From Pseudomonadota bacterium (GTDB lineage Bacteria; Planctomycetota; UBA8108; UBA1146): a stretch of DNA of 47,598 nt. The notes beneath the pieces were generated by a model. It was not told the origin of the DNA, searched no databases, and worked only from the letters and a program-made list of their open reading frames with translations. This document shows, in pieces, positions 9,151 to 18,495 of the stretch. The stretch covers positions 1-47,598 of the forward strand of contig JAFMMO010000003.1 of the NCBI GenBank assembly GCA_017859655.1. The letters are read 5' to 3'. The position numbers and the translations under genes are program-made. How positions within the stretch are numbered: position 1 is the first letter of the stretch; each line of letters starts with the position of its first letter.

Positions 9151-10284
9151 TCAGCCGAATTGGTGGGGATCGGCGAGGGGGAGGACCACGGTGAAGGTGC
9201 TCCCCTTCCCCGCCTCGGAGGCAACCTCGACCCTCCCGCCGTGCGCCAGGCAGACATGCTTGACGATGGAGAGCCCCAGACCGGTGCCCCCCAGCTCGCG
9301 GGAGCGCGCCTTGTCGACGCGATAGAAGCGCTCGAAGATCCGCTCGCGGTCCTTCGGCGCGATGCCGAGTCCCGTGTCCTGGACCTCGAGGCGCGCGATC
9401 CCCGCCGACTGCTGCAGTCGCACCCAGATCCGCCCTCCCTCGGGCGTGTACTTGAGGGCGTTGTCGAGGAGATTGCTGGCGACGAGGCGGAGAGACTCCG
9501 GGTCCCCCCTCACGATGACCGGCTCCTTCGGGAGATCGTATTCGAGGGCGGCCCGATGCTCCTCCACGCTCCGGCTCGCCCGGATCGAGGTGAAGATCGG
9601 CTCGCGCAGGTCGAAGGGGAGCGGCTCGAGGATCGCATCCCGGGACTCGAGGCGGGCGAGGGTGAGGAGATCGGTGACGAGGACGGAGAGCCGGAGCGCC
9701 TGCGAGTGGGCCTTCTCGAGGAAGCGGACCTGCGTCTCCTCCTCCATGTCGTCGTCTCCGAGGATCGTCTCGATCAGCCCTCGGATCGCCGTGATCGGAG
9801 TCTTCAGCTCGTGCGACACGTTCGCGACGAAGTCCCGACGCACCTTCTCCAGGTGCCGCAGTTCGGTGATGTCGTGAATCGAGATGACGACCCCCACGAG
9901 CTTCTGCGAACGATCGCGAAGGGGAGACGCCTCGAACTCGAGGATCTGGTTCCTCTGATTCGCCGGCCCCTCGATCTCGGTCTCGGCGGTGGTCTCGCAC
10001 CCGAACTCCAGCGACTGACGGATCGTCTCGGGGAGAACGGAGAGATCGGTCAGGTCGGAGATCGGACTGCCGAGGGCCTTCTCGGGCTGCAGTCCCAGGA
10101 AGCGGGCCGCGGCGAGATTGAGATGGAGGACCTTCAGCTCGAGGTCGACGGCGAGCACTCCCTCGACCAGCCCGTCGAGCACCATCTCCAAGGGCTGCTC
10201 CGCCGGGGAGAACGCACCGGTGAGTCTGGGGGCGGCGTCGCCGGCGAGAGGGTCGCCCGGCTTGCGGAAGGGACCGGTCAACAT
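9151..10284 (-). CDS. PhoR-like sensor histidine kinase (PAS-HisKA-HATPase) without predicted TM helices
   Basis: RRDFVANVSHELKTPIT H-box, NLLDNALKY, DTGLGI, FERFYRVDKARSRELGGTGLGLSIVKH. No hydrophobic span at the N-terminus. Confidence 0.9.
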   Translation of the reverse strand: MLTGPFRKPGDPLAGDAAPRLTGAFSPAEQPLEMVLDGLVEGVLAVDLELKVLHLNLAAARFLGLQPEKALGSPISDLTDLSVLPETIRQSLEFGCETTAETEIEGPANQRNQILEFEASPLRDRSQKLVGVVISIHDITELRHLEKVRRDFVANVSHELKTPITAIRGLIETILGDDDMEEETQVRFLEKAHSQALRLSVLVTDLLTLARLESRDAILEPLPFDLREPIFTSIRASRSVEEHRAALEYDLPKEPVIVRGDPESLRLVASNLLDNALKYTPEGGRIWVRLQQSAGIARLEVQDTGLGIAPKDRERIFERFYRVDKARSRELGGTGLGLSIVKHVCLAHGGRVEVASEAGKGSTFTVVLPLADPHQFG

Positions 10285-10294
10285 GCGGAGTTCC

Positions 10295-10990
10295 TCAGCT
10301 GCTCTCTTCCAGGAAGCGGTAGCCGACTCCCCGGATCGTCTCGATCAACTCGCGGTAGGGCCCGAGCTTCTTCCGAATCGCCCGGATGTGGACATCGATG
10401 TTTCGATCCCCCACATAGGCATGTTCGCCGATCGCGCGGCCGAGGAGGAGATCCCGGGTGAACACCCGGTCCGGGTGACTCGCGAGGAAGTGCAGGAGCC
10501 GGAGCTCGGTGGCGGTGAAGGAGACCCGCTCTCCATCCGCCGTGACCTGATGGCGGGCAATGTCGATCACGAGACCGCCCCGCTCGATCCGATCCCGCCC
10601 GCTCTCCTCCGTGCTCTGCTGGGTGCGTCGCAACACGGCGCGGATCCGCGCGGTCAGCTCGCTGGTGGAGAACGGCTTGATGATGTAGTCATCCGCCCCG
10701 ACCCCGAGGCCGAGGACGATGTCGCTCTCCTCGCCCTTCGCCGTCAGCATGATGACGGGCAGGCTTCGAGTCACTGCATCCTCGCGGAGCCGGCGGCAGA
10801 CCTCGATTCCATCGACGCTGGGGAGCATGAGGTCGAGCAGGACGAGGTCGGGGTTCGTCTCCCGGACGACCCGGAGGCCGGACTCGCCGTCCCGGCAGGT
10901 CTTCACCCGGTACCCCTCGCGCTCGAGGTTGTACTTGAGGACCTCGAGGATGTCGCTCTCGTCCTCGATGACGACAATGCTCTTCTTCAT
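10295..10990 (-). CDS. OmpR/PhoB-family response regulator (PhoB-like)
   Basis: IEDE, LLDLMLP, MLTAKGEE, ADDYIIKPF, winged helix RNIDVHIRAIRKKLG..IETIRGVGY. ATG at 10990 has SD GAGGA. Confidence 0.92.
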   Translation of the reverse strand: MKKSIVVIEDESDILEVLKYNLEREGYRVKTCRDGESGLRVVRETNPDLVLLDLMLPSVDGIEVCRRLREDAVTRSLPVIMLTAKGEESDIVLGLGVGADDYIIKPFSTSELTARIRAVLRRTQQSTEESGRDRIERGGLVIDIARHQVTADGERVSFTATELRLLHFLASHPDRVFTRDLLLGRAIGEHAYVGDRNIDVHIRAIRKKLGPYRELIETIRGVGYRFLEESS

Positions 10991-11144
10991 GAATCCTCGG
11001 CGGGGACATGGGGAGGTGGTGGTCGAGGTGCGGGGAGCGACCGCTCCGCGCGCCCCGGTGGAGACACGACTCGGGGGTGGAGGAAACATACGGGCGCGCC
11101 TTCCTTGCCGCTCCGGGAGTCCTTGGACTCCAACGGTGCCCAGG

Positions 11145-11188
11145 AGACTAGAGCCGTCATGTTAACGCCCGGTAAAGGAACTCCTAAG
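11145..11188 (-). promoter_or_regulatory. Pho-box-like 11-bp-period direct repeats plus -10 element upstream of the response regulator
   Basis: Minus strand: CTTAGGA (11188-82), CTTTACC (11177-71), GTTAACA (11166-60), exactly 11 bp apart. TAGTCT (11150-45) follows 9 bp downstream. Confidence 0.55.
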
Positions 11189-14100
11189 GTTTCCGTCGGC
11201 TTCCCTGCGAGGGGGGTCGACCCGGTCGGGAGGAGCGGTCTGTGAAGATGCGGCGGACCTCACCGGTCAGGAACCGCAGCTCCTCGAGCAGGGTCTCCTC
11301 CGGCTCCACCCTCTCTCCCCCCGTGTAGCCGATCCGGAGGGCCAGATCGCGGAGAGAGGCGTCATCGGTCCCGACGACCCGGACGCTCGATCGATGAAGC
11401 ATCCCGAGCCGGTTCTCGACCAGGCGGAAGAACTGGTAGGCGTTCCCCAGGGTCGCCGCCTCCGCTCCCGTGAGAAGTCCGTGAGAAGCGAGGAGCGCGA
11501 TCGCCGCCGCGGCGTTCGGCTCCCAGAGCTCGGGGATCTCCCGGGCGTTCAGGAGGATCAGGGACTGCACGAGGAACTCGATGTCGAGGATCCCGCCGGG
11601 GCCGGTCTTCAGGCGGAATCCCGGATCCCGCCCGGTCTCGACCCGACGCCCGTGCATCTCGAGGAGTGCCTCGAGGATCTCCTCGCCGCCGAGGTCTCGA
11701 CCGAGATTGCCGCGGACGAACTCGATCACCTCGCGGGCGAGCCCGAGATCCCCCGCCGCGGGCGAGCAGCGGGTGAGCGCCTGGTGCTCCCAGACCTGCG
11801 AGTCCGGTCCGAGGAAGTAGCTCTGAAACTCGCGCAGGGAGTGGACGATGGCCCCGCCCGCACCGTAGGGGCGCAGCCGCAGGTCGACCGAGTAGAGCGG
11901 ACCTCCCGGACCGGAGTGGGTGAGGTCGGCGATCAGCTTCTGAAGGAGCTGCGTGTAGAAGACACGCTCGCTCACCCCCTCCTTCGTCTCACCCCGCCCG
12001 TCGTAGATGAGGATCATGTCGATGTCGGAGGCATAGCCGATCTCGTTCCCCCCCAGGCGCCCGAGGGCGAGGATCGTGTGGCGCGGAGGGGGCTCTCCCT
12101 CCACGGGGATCAGCTCGCCCCAGCGTTCCACCACCGATGCGTGCGCCCGCTCCTCGAGGACCCGCAACGAGGCCCGCGCGATCGCCGAGAGACGGCGGAG
12201 GATCCGAGGCAGGGGGAGACGACGACCGAGGTCGAGGATCGCGACCTCGACCGTGTGCAGCGCGCGGAACTCATGCAGAGCGGCCGAGGACCGCTCCGGC
12301 GGGAGGGCGCCGAGGATCTCCCTCAGCTCTCCGACGAGCTCCTCCTCCCGGATGCGCGAGCCCGTGCGCAGCCGGTCGATCAGCTCATCGAGGGTGCCGG
12401 GATGGTTGAGGAGGAGCTCCGAGATGAACCGACTCTGCCCGAAGAGGTCGACGAAGAGATGGCAGGTCTCCGGACGCTCCGCGAGGAGCTGGTAGAAGAC
12501 CGACGGCGCCCCGAGCGTCTCGACGCAGCTCGTGAACATCAGGACTGCCTGGTCCGGATCGGCGCTGCGGCCGATCGCGTCCAGAAGCCTCGGGAAGAGA
12601 TGCGCGAGGTAGGTTCGGGCCCGGGGAGAGCGCAGCTCCCGGTTCTTCGGATAGGCGAGGCGGCGGAGGAGCGTGTACGCCTTCTGGGGATCACGGAAGC
12701 GGAGGGAGCGGAAGACCCGCTCGATCACCTCCGGGCGGGGTCGGAAGGCGAGGACGATGTGGACCTCATCGAGACGCCCATCGCTCGCGGCGCCCTCCGC
12801 ATACTCGCTCCCCGTGAAGAGCTGATGGAAGAGACGCTCGAGGATCGAGCGGATCCCGCTGCGGCGGCGGTCGAGCTCCTGAGCGAGGCGCGGCCAGCCA
12901 TCGCGACCGAGGGCCCGGGCGAGGGCCTCGCGCTCCTCGTCTCCCTCGGGGAGGGTGAAGCTCTGCCTCCGCTGGCGGAGCATGAGGTGGTGCTCGACCC
13001 CTCGCAGGAAGCGGTATCCCTCGAGCAGGAAGGAGGTCTCCGTCGCGGTGAGCGCGCCGATCCTCCCGAGGCGCCGGATGGCGCGGAAGACGTTCCCCCC
13101 TCGGATCGAGCGGTACACCTGTCCGTGGAGGAGCTGGAGGAACTGGACGAGGTACTCGACATCGCGAATGCCGCCCCAGCCGACCTTCAGCTCGCGTCGC
13201 TGGGCGTCCCTCCCCGCGGGGCTCGACTCGAGGACGCTCTTGTAGCCCTTCAGCTTCTGGATCTCGTCGAGGTCGAAGGGGCGCTCGAAGACGAACGCCT
13301 CGATCTCCTCGAGGAGCCGGGGGAGACCCCGTGTCCGATCGCAGAGCGCCCGGGATCGAATGAACACGATCCGCTCCCAGGTGTCTCCCCCCCCCGGCTC
13401 GTGGGGCGGTGCCTCCACCTCTCCCTGGTCGGGGTGCGGAGTCCGGAAGGCGGCGCGGGCCTGTCGGATCGAGGGCACCAGCGGTCCGGTGGGACCCCCG
13501 GGTCGAAGCCGGAGATCGGTTCGGTAGAGATGGGGCAGCCCCCCGTAGCCGGCGAGGAGTCGGAGGACCCCCCGCGCCGCCGTCTCGCAGGCGCGGGCAT
13601 CGGTGTCATCGTCCCGGATGAAGAAGAGGTCGATGTCGCTGGAGTAGTTGAGCTCCTCTCCCCCCCACTTCCCGAGGGCGATGACCGCCATCCGCAGCTT
13701 GCCCCCGCCGGCGATCTCCAGCGCTCCCTCGACGGTCCGGTCCGCCAGAGCCGTGAGCCGCTCCGCGGTCCGCTCGACATCGATGATCCCCTCGAGCTCG
13801 GCGAGACAGACCCGAAGCAGCTCGATGCGGTGCCAGCGGGCGAGCGCTCGTCCGCGCACCTGAGTCTCGCCCTCCGGGACCGGGAAGGCGGGAAGCTCAT
13901 CCGCCACCCGGGCAGGGAAGTCGGGATCGCGAAGCTCCTCGAGGCAGGGGATGACGAGCTCCGCGAAGGGCTCCCCCGCCCCGCAGAGCAGGGCGAGGCG
14001 GCGGCGGAGGGCCGCGCTGCGCAGCAGCCCCCCGCGCTCCTCCTCCGCGAGCAGAGTGGCGATCCGCTCCAGCCCGTTCAGCGCGAGGGCCCGGTCCGCC

Positions 14101-14288
14101 GCGCCGTCGAGGTCGACGACCAGCTCCTCGATCGTCGGACCCGTCCCCGCCTCCCCCCGCAGCAGAGAGAGGAGCGCGCGTGCGTTGTAGACCGCGCGGG
14201 CGTCCGGCTCGATGCCGCCCTGACGCAGGGCGCTCTCGACCGGAGGGTCGGCCTCCGAGGGTGAGGGGGGCGGGGGCAGCTTCTCCAT
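11184..14288 (-). CDS. glnE: Bifunctional glutamine synthetase adenylyltransferase/deadenylyltransferase
   Basis: Two nucleotidyltransferase repeats: ALGKWGGEELNYSSDIDL / YRTDLRLRP / KVGWGGIRDVE and ALGRLGGNEIGYASDID / YSVDLRLRPYG / KTGPGGILDIEF. Confidence 0.93.
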   Translation of the reverse strand: MEKLPPPPSPSEADPPVESALRQGGIEPDARAVYNARALLSLLRGEAGTGPTIEELVVDLDGAADRALALNGLERIATLLAEEERGGLLRSAALRRRLALLCGAGEPFAELVIPCLEELRDPDFPARVADELPAFPVPEGETQVRGRALARWHRIELLRVCLAELEGIIDVERTAERLTALADRTVEGALEIAGGGKLRMAVIALGKWGGEELNYSSDIDLFFIRDDDTDARACETAARGVLRLLAGYGGLPHLYRTDLRLRPGGPTGPLVPSIRQARAAFRTPHPDQGEVEAPPHEPGGGDTWERIVFIRSRALCDRTRGLPRLLEEIEAFVFERPFDLDEIQKLKGYKSVLESSPAGRDAQRRELKVGWGGIRDVEYLVQFLQLLHGQVYRSIRGGNVFRAIRRLGRIGALTATETSFLLEGYRFLRGVEHHLMLRQRRQSFTLPEGDEEREALARALGRDGWPRLAQELDRRRSGIRSILERLFHQLFTGSEYAEGAASDGRLDEVHIVLAFRPRPEVIERVFRSLRFRDPQKAYTLLRRLAYPKNRELRSPRARTYLAHLFPRLLDAIGRSADPDQAVLMFTSCVETLGAPSVFYQLLAERPETCHLFVDLFGQSRFISELLLNHPGTLDELIDRLRTGSRIREEELVGELREILGALPPERSSAALHEFRALHTVEVAILDLGRRLPLPRILRRLSAIARASLRVLEERAHASVVERWGELIPVEGEPPPRHTILALGRLGGNEIGYASDIDMILIYDGRGETKEGVSERVFYTQLLQKLIADLTHSGPGGPLYSVDLRLRPYGAGGAIVHSLREFQSYFLGPDSQVWEHQALTRCSPAAGDLGLAREVIEFVRGNLGRDLGGEEILEALLEMHGRRVETGRDPGFRLKTGPGGILDIEFLVQSLILLNAREIPELWEPNAAAAIALLASHGLLTGAEAATLGNAYQFFRLVENRLGMLHRSSVRVVGTDDASLRDLALRIGYTGGERVEPEETLLEELRFLTGEVRRIFTDRSSRPGRPPSQGSRRKP

Positions 14289-14347
14289 CCCTCGCAGTGT
14301 GCCCGAGAGCTCCCATCACGACCAGAGGGGCACACCCCTCTCCTTCC

Positions 14348-16111
14348 TCACGGCGCACAGGGGGTGGTGCAGGAGAGCGCACCCTCGTGACGCCCGCATT
14401 GAGGATAGGGAGGCGGCGGGGGTGGACCTCCGTCGAAGAGATGCCCGAGGAGATGGAGCGGGTCGGAGAGATCGACCGCCCCGTCCGCGTTCGCGTCCCA
14501 CGCCGCCGGACACGGGGTGCCGGCCCCGGGGCTGACTCCCGCCCCACCGGGAGGCGCGCCGATCGGCGCCGTGATGTCCACGAGGAGCCGGACCGCGTCG
14601 GTGATGTCGATGCGGCCGTCGGGGTGAGCATCGCCGCGTCGAAAGGAACAGGTCTCCAGGGTCCCTGTCCCGGTCGGATCGAGCGCGGGATCGAGGTGGA
14701 TCTGACAGCGATCGGGCACTCCATTTCCATCACAGTCCCGGCCTCCGTCCGCGCGCCAGAAGGAGACGGCACCGGCGGCGCAGCCGAAGCTCCCGCCACA
14801 GCCGGCGGGGTCTCCCGGCGCACCGACGATGAGCACCCCTCCCTCCACGGCGAGTGCCGCACCGAACCCGGCTCCCGCCGCGGGGCTCGGCGCGGAGAGC
14901 TCGGCCTCCGGCGGAGAGGACGCAGCCCCTCCGGGGAGCGAGCGATAGGCCCGCACGACACCACCCAAGGGAGCTCCACCCTCCTCCGCAGGAGTCGCGA
15001 CCCACCAGCGCTCCCCGTCATGCCCGAGCGCGCGTCCAAACCCGGGTGCCACCGTCGTCGACGGTGGGAGGAGCCCCGGGATGAACGGGAGAGAGGGGAC
15101 ACTCCCCCCCGATGGAGAGAGGCCCGCGATGATGGAGAGGGGGAGCCACCCGACCGCCCCGCTGGCGATCATCCCCGGCTCCCTCCGGTAGGGAGCGCCG
15201 ATGGCGAGCACGCCACCCCCGAAGGCGAGGGCCGCGCCGAGAGCATCGTCGCTCGCCCCGTTCGGATCGATGACGCGGGCGACACGAACCGGCCCCGCGG
15301 CGGCGCTCGGGGGAAGGCGGTAGAGATCGACGACTCCGCACTCGAGGGTCGCTGCCGATCCCCGCGGGGAGCCGACGGCGAGGAGCCCCCCCGACAGCGT
15401 GAGGCACTCCGCGAACCCGGTCTCGCTCTCCCCGGGAGGAGGAAGGAGGCGGCCCTCCTCGATCCAGTCGACTCCGACCCTGCGGAGGATGTCGACCGCT
15501 CCCGTCGGCGATGCCGCCGGTCCCGCTCCCGGCGCCCCGACGACGAGACGCGGACCCGAGGCACTGAGGCTCGCGCCGAAGCGCGCCCCGGGAGGGAGTC
15601 CCGCCCCGACCAGCACCCCCTCGGGAAGGAGGGTGCTCGTTCCTGCGCTTCGGTCGAGGAAGAAGAGATGCACCGCGCCCGCACCGACACCGGCGGGAAC
15701 ACCAGGGAGAGAATCGAGGGGGGCGCCGATGCACCAGGTCTCCCCGACCCGCGCGAGGGCGGTGCCGAAGCGACTGCCGGGGGGACCGCTGACCCACACC
15801 TCGATCGCGCCGCTCTCGACCGAGCCGAACGCGACCGTGTCCGCCCCGGGGGCGCCGATGGCGAAGACCGTTCCATCGCTCAGGATCGTGGAGCCGAGCC
15901 GCTCCCCCGGACCGACGCCGCGGTGCACCTGGTACGGACAGGGAGCAAAGTCCACGCCTTGCACGACCCCCGCCGCGATCAGGAGGAGCGGGAGGGAGAG
16001 GAGAGGGGATGGGGTGATCGAGGTGAGGCGGACGCGAAGAGACATTCCGAGAGGGGAGCTCCTCCAGGAGGAAGGAGCCGAGGTGCGATGGGCAGGAGAG
16101 AAGGTCATCAT
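14348..16111 (-). CDS. Secreted FG-GAP repeat (beta-propeller) protein with C-terminal Ca-binding and dockerin-like domain
   Basis: Repeated FG...(I/V)GAP units, DCDGNGVPDRC motif, FRRGDAHPDGRIDITD..CPAAWDANADGAVDLSD. Hydrophobic N-terminal segment. Confidence 0.78.
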   Translation of the reverse strand: MMTFSPAHRTSAPSSWRSSPLGMSLRVRLTSITPSPLLSLPLLLIAAGVVQGVDFAPCPYQVHRGVGPGERLGSTILSDGTVFAIGAPGADTVAFGSVESGAIEVWVSGPPGSRFGTALARVGETWCIGAPLDSLPGVPAGVGAGAVHLFFLDRSAGTSTLLPEGVLVGAGLPPGARFGASLSASGPRLVVGAPGAGPAASPTGAVDILRRVGVDWIEEGRLLPPPGESETGFAECLTLSGGLLAVGSPRGSAATLECGVVDLYRLPPSAAAGPVRVARVIDPNGASDDALGAALAFGGGVLAIGAPYRREPGMIASGAVGWLPLSIIAGLSPSGGSVPSLPFIPGLLPPSTTVAPGFGRALGHDGERWWVATPAEEGGAPLGGVVRAYRSLPGGAASSPPEAELSAPSPAAGAGFGAALAVEGGVLIVGAPGDPAGCGGSFGCAAGAVSFWRADGGRDCDGNGVPDRCQIHLDPALDPTGTGTLETCSFRRGDAHPDGRIDITDAVRLLVDITAPIGAPPGGAGVSPGAGTPCPAAWDANADGAVDLSDPLHLLGHLFDGGPPPPPPYPQCGRHEGALSCTTPCAP

Positions 16112-16184
16112 CGGAGACTCCTCCGGAGGAGGATCCCCACCAGCTCGATAAAGACGCGCGGCGACGGGCGATCCCGCGGGGCGA

Positions 16185-17120
16185 TCAGCCTCCCGAGAGA
16201 TCCTCCGCAGTGGACCGGTCGGCGAGTCGGTCGGACAGCCGGTCGAAGGGCCGCTCCCGGTCGAAGGTCTGCAGCAGGGTCTCCCGGGCGAAGCGCCCCG
16301 GGTCCGGTTCGCCGAAGATCACCTCGGGGCCACGCGCGTCCTCGGAGAGGGCGACGAGGACCGCGGCGCACATGCGGCAGCACTGCAGGGTGACATGCAC
16401 CCGGCTGCCCTTCGGGATGGGAGCACCCCTGCGAGCCCACCACATCTGGGCCAGGTTGACCTCGGCGTGGAGGGAGCGCCCCTCCCCGCCGCGATTCATC
16501 GCACCGAGGGCGATCTCCCCATCCGGGAGCTCGAGCACCGCCCCGACCGGTCGATCCCGCCGATGGAGCTCCCCCTCCCGCCGAGCACGGAGAGCCCACT
16601 CGCGGGCGACCTCCATCGGGAGGCCCCCGGCCGGGGGTGGGGAGAGGTGATGGGCGGTCCGCACCGCGGCCCGCGCCTCCTCCGCCGCCGGAGTGACATC
16701 CACCGCGCGCGCGAGGCGTGACGCCCCGGGTCCCTCGCCCTGAACGCGTCCGGGGGGAACCCCGGCCCCGACGATACGCTTCGCAGCCCCGGACAGCACG
16801 ACCGCGCAGCGCTTCGCCTGCACCTTCACGAAGGCCGCATCCATCATCCGCAGCGGGACGGAGCTGAAGAGGCGACGGCGGAGCCGCGCATGACTCCGCC
16901 CGGGCTCGATCGAGGCGATCCCCTGGATCAGGTCGATCACGGGGGACCAGGGGACCGACGCCGCGGACGACGGGTCGGTCGGAATCGGACGATGCGCGTG
17001 GAGGACGAGCTCACCGTCGTCGACCCACGCGACCTCTTCACCGGGATGGCGGTGCCGAAGGTGATCGGTGATCGCGCGATCCTCGGGGGTGACCGCGTAG
17101 GGAGGGGCGCGCCGACTCAA
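16185..17120 (-). CDS. Zn-dependent nucleic acid deaminase, probably Bd3614 family
   Basis: RDRPVGAVL..N..LHAEVNL..TLQCCRMCA deaminase core, with a ~150-aa N-terminal extension. TTG start has SD GAGGAG. Confidence 0.75.
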   Translation of the reverse strand: MSRRAPPYAVTPEDRAITDHLRHRHPGEEVAWVDDGELVLHAHRPIPTDPSSAASVPWSPVIDLIQGIASIEPGRSHARLRRRLFSSVPLRMMDAAFVKVQAKRCAVVLSGAAKRIVGAGVPPGRVQGEGPGASRLARAVDVTPAAEEARAAVRTAHHLSPPPAGGLPMEVAREWALRARREGELHRRDRPVGAVLELPDGEIALGAMNRGGEGRSLHAEVNLAQMWWARRGAPIPKGSRVHVTLQCCRMCAAVLVALSEDARGPEVIFGEPDPGRFARETLLQTFDRERPFDRLSDRLADRSTAEDLSGG

Positions 17121-17217
17121 GGGGTCTCCTCCCCGCGCCCCCGGAGGCGGGCTCCATGGGCGCGCTGGACGGTGCTCCGAACGGTGCTCCGGACGGCACG
17201 ACGCGGGGCGCCCGAGA

Positions 17218-18495
17218 TCACTCGTGGCGGAGCGCTGCGATCGGATCGAGCAGGGCCGCGCGGCGCGCCGGGAAGATCCCGGAGAGGATCCCCACGGCCA
17301 TGGAGATGGAGAGGGCGAGCGCCACGCTCGTCGCCGTGACCACCGCGCTCCAGCCGGTGTAGAAGGTCAGGCCCTCGGCGATGCCGACCCCGGCGAGCAC
17401 CCCGACGATGCCGCCGAAGACCGAGATCACCGTCGTCTCCGTGAGGAACTGCACGATGATGTGCCGCTTCTTCGCGCCGAGGGCGCGACGGATCCCGATC
17501 TCCTTCGTCCGCTCCGTCACCGTGGCCAGCATGATGTTGGCGATGCCGATCCCCCCCACGAGGAGGGAGATGCTCGCGATCGCGACGAGCGCGTAGTTGA
17601 AGACCTGCTGGGTCTTGCGTCGCTGGGCGAGGACCTCGAGCGGCACGACCATCTTGAAGTCGTTCTGGGTGTGGTTGCGGTCGAGCAGGGTCTCCACCAT
17701 GCGGGCGACCGTGAGCACCTGATCGAGGTCCTCGACGGAGATCACGATCTGGTTCAGCTCCACATCGGTCGCCTCCATCGAGCCGGAGCGACGGACGATG
17801 GAGCGGGTGCCGTTTCGCGTGAGAATCGTCTCGTGGGGGACGTAGATCTCGGTGGCCTTGGAGTCGACGGCGAGCGCCTCGGCGGCGTATCCCTGGAACT
17901 CCGTGTCGTCGAGGACTCCGATGATGTCGTAGCTCTCGGTGCCGATGATCAGGGGGCGATCGAGCGGGTCCTCGTAGATCCCGAGCTCCTGCAGCAGGCC
18001 CTCCCGGATCACGCAGACCCGGCGCAGCTCCTCACCGTCGTTCTCGTCGAGGGGGCGACCCAGCGCGGTCTCCAGACCGAACAGCTCGAGATGCTCCGCC
18101 TTCACGGCGTAGATCGTCCCCTCCACCCGTCGCGACCCGTTCCAGATCGGCTGCGAGCTGATGTGGACCGGCAGCGCCTTCTCGATTCCGGGGACCGTGG
18201 CCTCGATCTGACGGAAGTCGCGGAAGGTGAGGCCGTAGCTCGAGATCCACTGGCGGCTCTGATTCCCCTCCGTGGTCTCGGTCGGCTTCGTGGAGTTCAC
18301 GATGATGTTCTGAATGCCGAGGCGACCGATCTCCTCGAGCAGCTCCTTCTCCGCCCCGGCTCCCAGGGCGAGCATCGCGATCACGGAGCCCACGCCGAAG
18401 ATGACGCCGAGCGCGGTGAGGAAGGTGCGCATCGGGTAGCCGAAGAGGTTCCGCAGCGCGAGGCGGAAGAAGGCGATCTGCTTCGCTCCGATCAT
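17218..18495 (-). CDS. MacB/FtsX-like ABC transporter permease
   Basis: RTFLTALGVIFGVGSVIAM, large periplasmic domain, LLVGGIGIANIMLATVTERTKEIGIRRALGA, PARRAALLDPIAALR. ATGA overlap with the ATPase gene. Confidence 0.93.
   Translation of the reverse strand: MIGAKQIAFFRLALRNLFGYPMRTFLTALGVIFGVGSVIAMLALGAGAEKELLEEIGRLGIQNIIVNSTKPTETTEGNQSRQWISSYGLTFRDFRQIEATVPGIEKALPVHISSQPIWNGSRRVEGTIYAVKAEHLELFGLETALGRPLDENDGEELRRVCVIREGLLQELGIYEDPLDRPLIIGTESYDIIGVLDDTEFQGYAAEALAVDSKATEIYVPHETILTRNGTRSIVRRSGSMEATDVELNQIVISVEDLDQVLTVARMVETLLDRNHTQNDFKMVVPLEVLAQRRKTQQVFNYALVAIASISLLVGGIGIANIMLATVTERTKEIGIRRALGAKKRHIIVQFLTETTVISVFGGIVGVLAGVGIAEGLTFYTGWSAVVTATSVALALSISMAVGILSGIFPARRAALLDPIAALRHE

Noticed and set aside
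17168-17196. 12-bp tandem (gacggtgctccg/aacggtgctccg) before the deaminase
   Set aside because: Only about 2.4 units with no spacers. Not a CRISPR and too short to interpret.
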